A DNA stretch of 63,868 bases, the filler included, from Octopus bimaculoides (Eukaryota): assembly GCF_001194135.2 (NCBI RefSeq). It is 8 parts of 8 records of this genome, joined end to end, with 100 filler letters (N's around TTAATTAATTAA, not from the genome) between each part and the next. Parts side by side here need not be neighbours in the genome. Positions count along the whole stretch, not along the records: positions 43,682 to 56,744 come from NC_069008.1; positions 56,845 to 58,954 come from NW_026308241.1; positions 59,055 to 61,722 come from NW_026396077.1; positions 61,823 to 63,868 come from NW_026439754.1; 4 more parts are not named here. The stretch is one strand, 5' to 3'. The stretch's first letter is position 1. Every line of letters begins with the position of its first letter. The translations under genes were made by a program, and so were the position numbers. Positions 51,513-63,480 of the stretch are shown piece after piece. The notes under the pieces were generated by a model that was not told the DNA's origin, did no database searches, and worked only from the letters and a program-made list of their open reading frames with translations.

Positions 51513-51885
51513 AATAATAATAATAATAATAATCCTTTCTACTAAAGGCACAAGGCCTGCAATCTGGGGGTAGGGACATAGTTGATTACACCGACCCCCA
51601 GTACTTAACTGGTACTTATTTTATCGACCCCTGAAAGGATGAAAGACAAATTCAACCTAGACTGAAATAATATCCCTTTCTACTATAGGGCACAAGGCCT
51701 GAAATTTGGGGAAGGGACTAGATGACTAGATCGACCCCAGTATGCAACTGGTACTTACTTTATCGACCCAGAATGGATGAAAGGCAAAGTCGACCTTGGC
51801 GGAATTAGAACTCAGAACATAAGGATGGGCGAAATAGCGCTAAGCATTTCGCCCAATGTGCTAACGACTCTGCCAGCTCACTGCC

Positions 51886-51924
<39 letters not shown>

Positions 51925-52463
51925 GCACAAGGCCTGAAATTTGTGGGGAAGGGACTAGTCGATTACATCAACCCCCCAGTGTTTCACTGGTACTTAATTT
52001 ATCAACCTCGAAAAGATGAAAGGCAAAGCTGACCTCAGCAGAATTTAAACTTAGAAAGTATAATAATAATAATCCTTTCTACTAAAAGCACAAGGCCTGA
52101 AATTTGTGGGGAAGGGGGTAAGTCGATTACATCGACCCCAGTGCTTCACTAGTAATTAATTTATTGGCCCCAAAAAGGATGATAGGCAAAGTCGACCTCG
52201 ATGGAATTTGAACTCGAAACGTAGTGATGGACAAACTGCTGCTAAGCATTTCGCCTGGCGTGCTAATGGTTCTGCCAGCTTACTGCTTTAATAATAATGA
52301 TAATAATAATAATAACAACAATAATAATAATGGTTTCAAATTTTTGCCACAAGGGCAGTAATTTTTAAGGAAAGTGTCAATGAAGTGTCAATGAGCATTT
52401 TGCCTAAGAAGTGTCAATGAGCATTTTGTCTGATATAGTAATGAGTCAGCCAGCTTGCTGTCT

Positions 52464-52490
<27 letters not shown>
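51513..52490 (-). mobile_element. Head-to-tail stack of at least 4 SINE copies separated by (AAT)n
   Basis: Repeated GGCACAAGGCCTGAAATTTG..GATTACATCGACCCCAG..GGATGAAAGGCAAAGTCGACC; two copies full length and two 5'-truncated. Confidence 0.85.
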
Positions 52491-52494
<4 letters not shown>

Positions 52495-53414
52495 CTTCTG
52501 AAATGTTGCATAAAGAAAAAAAGTCGAAATTCAGATAGGGTGTATGTTTTTTGTTGTTGATTGAAAAAGATTTAGCTGCTATGTTCAGCAAGTCTCCAGT
52601 TCTAAACCTTGGCTATTTTACCTTGATTGTGGGCCAAGATATACCNNNNNNNNNNNNNNNNNNNNNNNNNNNNNNNNNNNNNNNNNNNNNNNNNNNNNNN
52701 NNNNNNNNNNNNNNNNNNNNNNNNNNNNNNNNNNNNNNNNNNNNNNNNNNNNNNNNNNNNNNNNNNNNNNNNNNNNNNNNNNNNNNNNNNNNNNNNNNNN
52801 NNNNNNNNNNNNNNNNNNNNNNNNNNNNNNNNNNNNNNNNNNNNNNNNNNNNNNNNNNNNNNNNNNNNNNNNNNNNNNNNNNNNNNNNNNNNNNNNNNNN
52901 NNNNNNNNNNNNNNNNNNNNNNNNNNNNNNNNNNNNNNNNNNNNNNNNNNNNNNNNNNNNNNNNNNNNNNNNNNNNNNNNNNNNNNNNNNNNNNNNNNNN
53001 NNNNNNNNNNNNNNNNNNNNNNNNNNNNNNNNNNNNNNNNNNNNNNNNNNNNNNNNNNNNNNNNNNNNNNNNNNNNNNNNNNNNNNNNNNNNNNNNNNNN
53101 NNNNNNNNNNNNNNNNNNNNNNNNNNNNNNNNNNNNNNNNNNNNNNNNNNNNNNNNNNNNNNNNNNNNNNNNNNNNNNNNNNNNNNNNNNNNNNNNNNNN
53201 NNNNNNNNNNNNNNNNNNNNNNNNNNNNNNNNNNNNNNNNNNNNNNNNNNNNNNNNNNNNNNNNNNNNNNNNNNNNNNNNNNNNNNNNNNNNNNNNNNNN
53301 NNNNNNNNNNNNNNNNNNNNNNNNNNNNNNNNNNNNNNNNNNNNNNNNNNNNNNNNNNNNNNNNNNNNNNNNNNNNNNNNNNNNNNNNNNNNNNNNNNNN
53401 NNNNNNNNNNNNNN

Positions 53415-53960
53415 AAAAGCTTTTTCAGTATGTTTTTGAGAGGATTTTGAACAATTTTTAAACAGTTTCCAGTTTAGGGGGTGTAGAAAAGGTACTGTTT
53501 CACAGATTCATCTTTGGGTATGTTGAAAAATTAAGATTTTCCAAGTTCTTGTTCTCAGTAATTTCAAATGTGATAAGAAAAGCTTTTTCAGTATTTTTTT
53601 TTGAGAGGATTTTGAACAGTTTTTAAACAGTTTCCAATTTAGGGTTAGGGTTAGAAAAGGTACTGTTTCACAGATTCATCTTTGGGTATGTTGAAAAATT
53701 AAGATTTTCCAACTTCTTGTTCTGAGTAGTTTCAAATGAGAGTAGAAAAATTTTTCCAGTATTTTTTGAGAGGACTTTGAATGATATATTTTGCTTAACA
53801 TTTTGCCAATTTAGAGGGCTATTTAAAAGGGCCAGTTCCTCAGTTTGTTGTTAGGCGTATGCTTAAAGATTTAAGATTTAAAAGGTCATCTGGCAGAATA
53901 GTTTCAAATGAGTAGAGAAATTTTTTCAAGAGGACTTTTGAGGGATTTGTTTTGCAGAAC
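53415..53960. repeat. Tandem repeat of about 163-170 bp, progressively diverging, adjacent to a gap
   Basis: AAAAGCTTTTTCAGTA at 53415 and 53578, with degenerate units near 53745 and 53917. Confidence 0.85.
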
Positions 53961-54619
53961 GAGTAACCAGTTTAAGGAGTATTTTGTGTGTGGAGTTTGT
54001 ATGGAAAAGTCGACAGGTTCACTGAGTGTATTTGGGAGTACAAAATGTCCTCCTAGACGATTCCATGTGAAGAGTATTGTCTTGTATCTTCTTTCAATCA
54101 TTGGACTACAGCCATGCTGGGGCACAACCTTAAAGGGTTTAGCTGAACAAATCGACGCCAGGACTGGTTTTTTAAGTCTGGCGCTTATCCTGCTGGTTTC
54201 TTTTGCTGAACCACTGTTATGGGGATGTAAAAAAACCAGCACCATTTGCCAGCGGTGGTGGGAGATAAACACACATACACACACACACACATTTGATGGG
54301 ATTTCTCACAGTTTCTTTCTACCAGGTTCATTCACAAGATATCTGTTGTTGGCTTGGGGGCTATGGTAGAGGACACTTGCCCAAGGTGCCACAAAGTGGG
54401 ACTGAACCCAGAACCATGTGACCATGGAGTGAGCTCCTTAATGTCACAGAAAAACTTAAAACAAATAAAAAAAATGTCTATGTCCAGATAAGAGCACAAA
54501 ATCTCCATCACTACCTGTGACCAAAGGTGTTCCAGCCATGACAATCCTGTCTTATATTGGCTAGTGTTTCTTAGCAATTTGAGCAATTGATTACATAGAC
54601 TGCTTTGTTAAAATTTGAA

Positions 54620-55425
54620 GGATATTTGGCTGCTATTTCTAAATGGTCTGGCAACCATGTAGAGATTTTTCCCTTTTTGGTTACGTATGTAAAATAGCGG
54701 TGGGGTGCAGTCTGAAGGAGAATTGACTGCTGTTTCTAACACACCTATCTACCATATAGATTTCCCTCATTTACCATCCATGTATACATACATAAGACAG
54801 TAAGGTGTGATTTGAGGGAGATTTGGCTGCTATTTCTACCAGGTCTGGCTACCATGTACAGGCCATCTTTATTGATTCATACATACATACATAAGTCAGT
54901 TGGATGTGATTCGAGAAAGATTTGGCTGCTATTTCTATCAGGTTTAGCTTCCATGTAGAAATCTCCCTTGCTGGCTCATACATAGATATAAACATGCATA
55001 AAACACTGGCGAGGCATATTTGGCTGATATTTCTAGCAGCTCTAGCTACCTTGTTGAGGTCTTTCTCATTGGCTCAAACATACTAACATATATACTTATA
55101 GATGCACACATACATACATAATACAATAGGATGTGATTTGAGAGAGATTTGGCTGCTATTTCTAGCAGGTTTAGCCACCATGTACAGATCTCCCTTGTTG
55201 GCTCATACATACATAAAACACAGATGAGGGATATTTGGCTGATATTTCTACCGGGTCTAGCTATCTTGCTGAGGTCCTCTTCATTGGTTCAAACATACAC
55301 ACACACACACATACAACATATATATAAACACACATACATACATAAGACAGTAAGGTGTGATTTGAGGGAGATTTGGCTGCTATTTCTGCCAGATCTAGCT
55401 ACCATATAAAGATCTCTCATTGGCT
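54620..55425. repeat. Array of 8 units (about 85-140 bp) with core GATTTGGCTGCTATTTCTA
   Basis: Cores near 54622, 54721, 54820, 54919, 55015, 55146, 55231 and 55369, with (CATA)n-rich spacers. Confidence 0.85.
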
Positions 55426-57107
55426 GATAATGTTGATTGATCAAGCCAGGTGTTCTGGTTGATATTGATGTTCCAGTTAATTGCTGACATATTGATAAGG
55501 TGCACATCAAAATTTCAAACAAACTCGGAGTACCTCTGTCCTATGAAAATAAAACTCCACTGATGAAGGAGTAGAGAAATGTTCATATGATTTGTTTTAA
55601 ACATGCAGTGAATTTTTGTTTTGCATTTCCAAAAACATTGTAATTTTTGGTGATCCTTTTATCCAGTTAAATCTGACTTGATTTTTATAATTCGTATCTC
55701 AAAGCTTTGAAACTACAGGATTCATAAGCATCTGCCATGGTATCATTTTCATTTTTCAAATTTAGTGGATGCTTTCCATCCTTATCGCATATGGATATTC
55801 ACATTGCAATATCCTTGTCTCAATAGATTTCCAATTACACACAATATGCTCTTTCCTATGTCTGTTCCAATAATTCTTACAACACTGAACCATTAACCAG
55901 GATGTTAGGATTATATCTTTTAGGTACATATTGAAATATCAATGTTTGTATGTATGTGTGCAATGCATGCATTAATTAATGTGTGAAATCTGGCATTGGA
56001 CATCTGAGTTTCTGGACATGGTAAAGTAATTTCTTCTCCAAGGAACAGCCCTGAGCAGGATTTTGTCTCTAGTTTTCCTCTGAGGAATGGCAGCAATTGC
56101 CTTGGCATGCAAGTCTTTCTTCTCCATTCTACCGATGTTTATCCAAAGGAATGGCAAGGCTGATGCAGCCTGACACCAGTTTGTATATGTGTGTGTATGT
56201 ATATATATGTGTATATAAATAAATACATATATACGCGTGTGTGTAATGCTTAAATTTCAAAAATATTATCGTTATTATTATTATTATTGTTGTTATTATT
56301 ATTATTATCATTATTATTATTTAGTAATAGTAGTAGATTAAGCGATGGCTGGCTTATGCTGGGCCCAAGTTTTGGTGGTGGTAGTATTTGTGGTGGCAGT
56401 GGTAGTGCACAATAGGATTCTGGTGGTTGGGTGGTCAGGTGAGTGGAGTTTGTGTAATGGTGAATCGGTAATATAGTCAGTGACGAGGTGGTGGTGATGG
56501 TTGTGACAGTGGTAAATAGACATTTAATAGTTTGTACAGGTAGTGGTGGAGGTGGTTGCGACAGCGGTGGTGGTGGTGGTGGTAGTGGCGGCAGCAGAAT
56601 AAATAGCAGTGGTTGAAGCGGTGGTAGGTGGAGGTGGTGGAAGTGGCAGTTGCGCTCAAGCTAGCTAATTAGCCCAATTAACCCCCCCTTCCTCCCTGCC
56701 CGTTGACATTGTTTTAAGTCCCCCCCCCCGCGTCATAAACGAACNNNNNNNNNNNNNNNNNNNNNNNNNNNNNNNNNNNNNNNNNNNNTTAATTAATTAA
56801 NNNNNNNNNNNNNNNNNNNNNNNNNNNNNNNNNNNNNNNNNNNNACACACACACACACACACACACACACACTTATGTCTGTGTGTGTGTGTGTGCTTAT
56901 AAATACTATATCCATACATCTATTTATTTATCCATTGATACGTACTTACAAACAGAAACACATAGAGATTGGACCTTTGATTAAGAAGGATCTTATTTAA
57001 TGAGTCATTTAACGACAAATTTGAATATGGACGGAACCTAGAGATGATGTCTTGGTATTTACGTCTTGTTCTTGATTTTTGTTTGATTTTTTGTTTGTTC
57101 TTAAATG

Positions 57108-57199
57108 TATTTCCCTGAAGACGTGTAAGGCAAATTATATGTTTGACTTAAATTTGACAGTCAAATATAGCCTTATACAGAAATGTTGACATAGGAATA
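57108..57199 (+). ncRNA. Type I hammerhead ribozyme motif in a repeat
   Basis: Stem I UAUUUCC/GGAAUA; core CUGAAGA (57115-57121); 9-bp stem II with an inner 11-bp hairpin; GAAA (57180-57183); stem III AUG-UUGA-CAU; cleavage triplet AUA. The first stem II pair is a C-A mismatch. Confidence 0.7.
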
Positions 57200-58679
57200 A
57201 ATTACAATAATAATGGATATTAGCATCAAAACTCTCTTTTAAATTTAAAACTTTGGATATATAACCAAGGAGAACGATCCTTAAGGAGTCTAATTTAGAC
57301 CTTTTGCGGTGAAATCTCTTGCTATATTGGTAACGATTACATGGTTTTCTATGAGCNNNNNNNNNNNNNNNNNNNNNNNNNNNNNNNNNNNNNNNNNNNN
57401 NNNNNNNNNNNNNNNNNNNNNNNNNNNNNNNNNNNNNNNNNNNNNNNNNNNNNNNNNNNNNNNNNNNNNNNNNNNNNNNNNNNNNNNNNNNNNNNNNNNN
57501 NNNNNNNNNNNNNNNNNNNNNNNNNNNNNNNNNNNNNNNNNNNNNNNNNNNNNNNNNNNNNNNNNNNNNNNNNNNNNNNNNNNNNNNNNNNNNNNNNNNN
57601 NNNNNNNNNNNNNNNNNNNNNNNNNNNNNNNNNNNNNNNNNNNNNNNNNNNNNNNNNNNNNNNNNNNNNNNNNNNNNNNNNNNNNNNNNNNNNNNNNNNN
57701 NNNNNNNNNNNNNNNNNNNNNNNNNNNNNNNNNNNNNNNNNNNNNNNNNNNNNNNNNNNNNNNNNNNNNNNNNNNNNNNNNNNNNNNNNNNNNNNNNNNN
57801 NNNNNNNNNNNNNNNNNNNNNNNNNNNNNNNNNNNNNNNNNNNNNNNNNNNNNNNNNNNNNNNNNNNNNNNNNNNNNNNNNNNNNNNNNNNNNNNNNNNN
57901 NNNNNNNNNNNNNNNNNNNNNNNNNNNNNNNNNNNNNNNNNNNNNNNNNNNNNNNNNNNNNNNNNNNNNNNNNNNNNNNNNNNNNNNNNNNNNNNNNNNN
58001 NNNNNNNNNNNNNNNNNNNNNNNNNNNNNNNNNNNNNNNNNNNNNNNNNNNNNNNNNNNNNNNNNNNNNNNNNNNNNNNNNNNNNNNNNNNNNNNNNNNN
58101 NNNNNNNNNNNNNNNNNNNNNNNNNNNNNNNNNNNNNNNNNNNNNNNNNNNNNNNNNNNNNNNNNNNNNNNNNNNNNNNNNNNNNNNNNNNNNNNNNNNN
58201 NNNNNNNNNNNNNNNNNNNNNNNNNNNNGAGAGAGAGAGAGAGAGGGAATGTAAAAACCTAAGGAGGAAACAAAATGAAGGGAAATGAGCTAGTGAAAAA
58301 TACGAAGACACACAAGGGACATATGAAACATAAGAAAATAGTGAGTTAATGGAGATAAAATATGCGAATAGTGATGAATTTCCACCAAAGAAAAAAATTC
58401 AAATTTTATTACGGGGTATGGCCTTTCGTAGGAAATTAGAATTGCTTTAACCTTTAGGGAATGAATGTCACTCATTAGATGTAATTGTAGTAACATGGCG
58501 TATTTCAATAAACGACCTCCAACGACAATGACCGCCACTCACATATAACCAACCGAACAGCAGCTTTGGAATCTAGAGGAGTAGGTAGACTTAGGCATAT
58601 ACACGTGTATACGATATGTATGTATGTATGCATATGTAATAAATACAGTCACACATACATATATCTATAAATGCATACG

Positions 58680-58842
<163 letters not shown>

Positions 58843-59429
58843 TGTCTTCATGCGTGTATATACACTTATGTGTGTCCAAACATGGAAAATAATACTCAGT
58901 AAAAGAACATAAATCTGTAAAATTACACTCGCATTTATATATATACATACATATNNNNNNNNNNNNNNNNNNNNNNNNNNNNNNNNNNNNNNNNNNNNTT
59001 AATTAATTAANNNNNNNNNNNNNNNNNNNNNNNNNNNNNNNNNNNNNNNNNNNNAGAAGAAGAAGAAGAAGAAGAAGAAGAACTGCCCTGATGCAGTACC
59101 AGGCAGTGGCTCTCATGATGCCCTGACGCAGTACCAGACAATGGCTCTCATGGCTTCTGATCTTAATTGATTGGAAGTGTTATCATGTACATTGTTTTGT
59201 CTTGGTATAAAAAGATGGGCTACAGCAAATATTCTGCTCAATACCACAGATTTACTTGTCAGTTGTTTGACCATAACCGATTGAGCATGTCCCTTGGTGG
59301 CTGACGATATGTGCATCTCTGATCACGTGCAGAAGTAGTGGTGGAGCATCATAGCCATGTGTTGAGAGATATTCTTTGGGGTTTGGATAATTCACCTTTG
59401 AAACCGTGGGTGTTTTATTCAATTTCCTT

Positions 59430-60145
59430 AAACAAAAGGTCCCTGATGATGAGATTGATGAATATAAGTATCTGAGTGTTTGGAGTATGACTAAGTCACG
59501 AAGAGTGAGATGAAGGAAAGCTTTAGACGGGAATATCTCAGCAGAACCAAATTTATAGTGGAAAGCAGATTCAATGTAAAGAATAAGATAAGGACATGGG
59601 GTGTTTTCTTAATGCGATACAGCGCAGGTGTTGTTAGGTGCACATAGAACGGATATATAGGAAATAGATTGAAATACCAGGAAAGTATGAGCAAGGAACT
59701 GTATCCTAAAAGTTATGTCGATAGATTGTATGTGCTTAGATACAAGGAAGAGGTCTTATAGAACGCAAGAACTGTATTGTCAATGAGAAAAAACAGTCTG
59801 GAATGGTACGGGAAACAAGCTGAACCTTTGTTTCACACTGTTCGAAATAGTCGCACGATACTAAGGGAAAATGTGATACACTCAGAAACATTTAAGAAAC
59901 AAGATGGAGAAAAAAGGTTATCAGCGAAAATAAAAACGGTTCATGAACAATACCTCGAAGAAATAGCAAGGGAAGACAAGACCAACACCTGAGGGTGGCT
60001 AAAGAAAAATGATCTGAAAGGATGCACTCAGTCATTGATATACACCACCCAGGAACAAGTTCTGAGTTCCAAATAGATAAGAGAAGTAAATTGCCTGTTT
60101 GCAGGACGTGTGACAGCAAAAACGTAACAATCTCACAAATTAATG
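59430..60145 (+). mobile_element. R4/Dong-clade LINE fragment (RT thumb to zinc knuckle)
   Basis: YKYL...MRYSAGVV...YPKSYVDRLYV...GWLKKNDLKG..QEQVL..IDKRSKLPVCRTC. Confidence 0.75.
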
Positions 60146-61013
60146 TGTGTATGTGCGTTGGCGCGCGCGTGTATATATATATATATATATNNNNNNNNNN
60201 NNNNNNNNNNNNNNNNNNNNNNNNNNNNNNNNNNNNNNNNNNNNNNNNNNNNNNNNNNNNNNNNNNNNNNNNNNNNNNNNNNNNNNNNNNNNNNNNNNNN
60301 NNNNNNNNNNNNNNNNNNNNNNNNNNNNNNNNNNNNNNNNNNNNNNNNNNNNNNNNNNNNNNNNNNNNNNNNNNNNNNNNNNNNNNNNNNNNNNNNNNNN
60401 NNNNNNNNNNNNNNNNNNNNNNNNNNNNNNNNNNNNNNNNNNNNNNNNNNNNNNNNNNNNNNNNNNNNNNNNNNNNNNNNNNNNNNNNNNNNNNNNNNNN
60501 NNNNNNNNNNNNNNNNNNNNNNNNNNNNNNNNNNNNNNNNNNNNNNNNNNNNNNNNNNNNNNNNNNNNNNNNNNNNNNNNNNNNNNNNNNNNNNNNNNNN
60601 NNNNNNNNNNNNNNNNNNNNNNNNNNNNNNNNNNNNNNNNNNNNNNNNNNNNNNNNNNNNNNNNNNNNNNNNNNNNNNNNNNNNNNNNNNNNNNNNNNNN
60701 NNNNNNNNNNNNNNNNNNNNNNNNNNNNNNNNNNNNNNNNNNNNNNNNNNNNNNNNNNNNNNNNNNNNNNNNNNNNNNNNNNNNNNNNNNNNNNNNNNNN
60801 NNNNNNNNNNNNNNNNNNNNNNNNNNNNNNNNNNNNNNNNNNNNNNNNNNNNNNNNNNNNNNNNNNNNNNNNNNNNNNNNNNNNNNNNNNNNNNNNNNNN
60901 NNNNNNNNNNNNNNNNNNNNNNNNNNNNNNNNNNNNNNNNNNNNNNNNNNNNNNNNNNNNNNNNNNNNNNNNNNNNNNNNNNNNNNNNNNNNNNNNNNNN
61001 NNNNNNNNNNNNN

Positions 61014-61055
<42 letters not shown>

Positions 61056-61488
61056 AAATCCTCTAAAGGCCGTTCAGAGATTGCTGGTTAAAAAGTCAAG
61101 CTGTTTGGATTTACAATTGGATTTATTTTGTAAGCCATTAAATAACTTGACTATCAAAGTTACGAAAATAATGGTATTGATTCAATTAAAATCGTTCTTA
61201 GTCAGATATATCGATTCGATTTCTTAAGTAATTATATTCAGTTTTTTCGCAAGTAATAAGACTACTTCCAATAAATATTCTATTCTAGTCTAATTCTTCT
61301 TTGTGTGTTCCGCTGCTATATTCCTGGCTTCTGAATTGTTAAGATCCTATGTTCGCGGGCGCTAAGATTAGTATGTGTATATACATTCATGTATGTTGAT
61401 CACATACACACACACACTCTCTCTCTCTCTCACACACACACAAACACACACACACACACCTACACATTCTCTTTCACTATCTATCTAA

Positions 61489-61524
<36 letters not shown>

Positions 61525-61550
61525 ATATTATATCTATCTATATATTATAT

Positions 61551-61619
<69 letters not shown>

Positions 61620-61837
61620 GATAGATATATAGATAGGTAAATAGATAGAGAGTGAGAGAAAGTGTGTATGTGTGTATGCATATATATATATATGGGAGAA
61701 TATACAAAAAATAACAACAGACNNNNNNNNNNNNNNNNNNNNNNNNNNNNNNNNNNNNNNNNNNNNTTAATTAATTAANNNNNNNNNNNNNNNNNNNNNN
61801 NNNNNNNNNNNNNNNNNNNNNNATATATATATATTTT

Positions 61838-61871
<34 letters not shown>

Positions 61872-62203
61872 CGTACATATAAATATATTTATATTGTGTG
61901 TATGCATGTGTGTGTGTGTGCGTGTATTTGTCTGTGTGTGTGTCTGTATTTGTGCTTTGTATTTGTCTCCCACCACCGCTTGAGAACTGGTGTGGTGTTA
62001 GTGTGTTTACATCCCCGTTATCTAGCGGTTCGGCAAAGCAGACCGATAGAAAAACAGAAGTACTAGGGTCAATCCATTCAAATAAAAATTCTTCAAGGCG
62101 GTGCCCCAGCATGGCCGCAGCCTAATGACTGAGACAAGTAAAAGATAAAAGATAGTAAACAGCATAAACAAAGATTTCGTTTTTGTATTAGGTTCGAAAG
62201 GGG

Positions 62204-62574
62204 GGAGGCGCAATGGCCCAGTGGTTAGGGTAGCGGACTCGCGGTCATAGGATCGCGGTTTCGATTCCCAGACCGGGCGTTGTGAGTGTTTATTGAGCGA
62301 AAACACCTAAAGCTGCACGAGGCTCCGGCAGCTGTACTCTTCCACCACAACTTCCTCTCACTCTTACTTCCTGTTTCTGTTGTGCCTGTAATTCAAAGGG
62401 CCAGCCTTGTCACACTGTGTCACGCTGAATCTCCCCGAGAACTACGTTAAGGGTACACGTGTCTGTGGAGTGCTCAGCCACTTGCACGTTAATTTCACGA
62501 GCAGGCTGTTCCGTTGATCGGATCAACTGGAACCCTCGACGTCGTAAGCGACGGAGTGCCAACAACAACAACAA
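62204..62574 (+). mobile_element. tRNA-Arg-headed SINE (OR1-like), full length
   Basis: GGAGGCGCAATGGCCCAGTGGTTAGG head and a (CAA)n tail. Confidence 0.82.
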
Positions 62575-63249
62575 TAGGTTCGTAAGAGTCTTTAGGTGAA
62601 CTCGTGTATTGAAACGGATTTTGTTATATCTCCTCCGGTGGTTCATTATGCCAATAATTGACCTCAGACTGACCTGGAATAGAGGGGGCATCTCATCGAA
62701 GAAACTGCGAACGGACTTTGCCAAATATAACTGCTTGCTTGATTAAGCGATTGACTAATCAAACAATCGAATAATTAATTGATTAAATGGTTGATTAATT
62801 GACAAATAAATAATACAGAAGTGAGATAGAACCTGTGAGTGAAATTAGTATGATTAGCATGAGGATCAAGGCAGCGAGCTACCAGAATCGTAAACATGAC
62901 GGACAAAATGCTTAGCGTCATTTCGTCCGTCTCTACGTTCTGGCTTCAGATTCCCACGAGGTCGACTTTGCCTTTCATCCTTTCTGGATCGATAAAATAA
63001 GTACCAGTTGAGTACCGGGGGCGATGCGTATAGTAGAAATGATTGTTATTATCGTTAAGGCGGCGAGTGGGCAGAATCGTTAGAGAGCCGGACAAAATAC
63101 TTATTGCCATTTCTACCGGTGTTTTATGTTCTGATTTCTATTTCCGCCAAGGTCGCCTTTGCCATTCATTCTATAATCGACTTGTCTTCTTCCCCAAAAT
63201 TACATGCTTTGACATGATGGTCACCCCATACGTATGGAAAAACTTGTAC

Positions 63250-63480
63250 TCTAATTTTCCCCCTCAATACGGTCCTCCTGGACAACGGAAAATTCTAATA
63301 GTACAACACGCTTGGCTACTTCGGAGATCAGCAACATATCCAGCCTTAGTAATATTGAGGCAACCGTTTCGGAGAACTTCAGTTGCTTCGTCAGGTCAAC
63401 TTTCCGCTTGCAGTCTTTTGCTGTTGCAAAATAGGCCCGTAGGGTGGACATAGTAGTTGGCAGCTTCTTGTCCTGACATA
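63250..63480 (-). mobile_element. HERO/R2-like RLE endonuclease relic
   Basis: ATAKDCKRKVDLTKQLKFSETVASILLRLDMLLISEVAKRVVLLEFSVVQEDRIE resembles VDL--QL-FP--I--T-LRPD----S---K-V-L-ELTVPWE-RI. Confidence 0.65.

Noticed and set aside
53640-53654. TTAGGG telomere-like repeats
   Set aside because: Only about two units inside a satellite monomer.
54620-55425. CRISPR-like repeat-spacer appearance
   Set aside because: The context is eukaryotic, repeats are degenerate, spacers are homologous to each other, and there are no cas genes.
55490-55540. DRGTPSLFEILMCT, resembling the BRCA2 N-terminal RPTFFEIFKTRC
   Set aside because: It is too short, has no start codon or downstream donor, and lacks the following WFEEL motif.
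62204-62280. Possible tRNA-Arg(TCG) gene
   Set aside because: It is the head of a multi-copy SINE with no proper acceptor stem, and it continues into the SINE body.
62670-62730. LYLAKS match to BRCA2 exon 15
   Set aside because: A five- to six-residue coincidence with weak acceptor and unrelated flanks.
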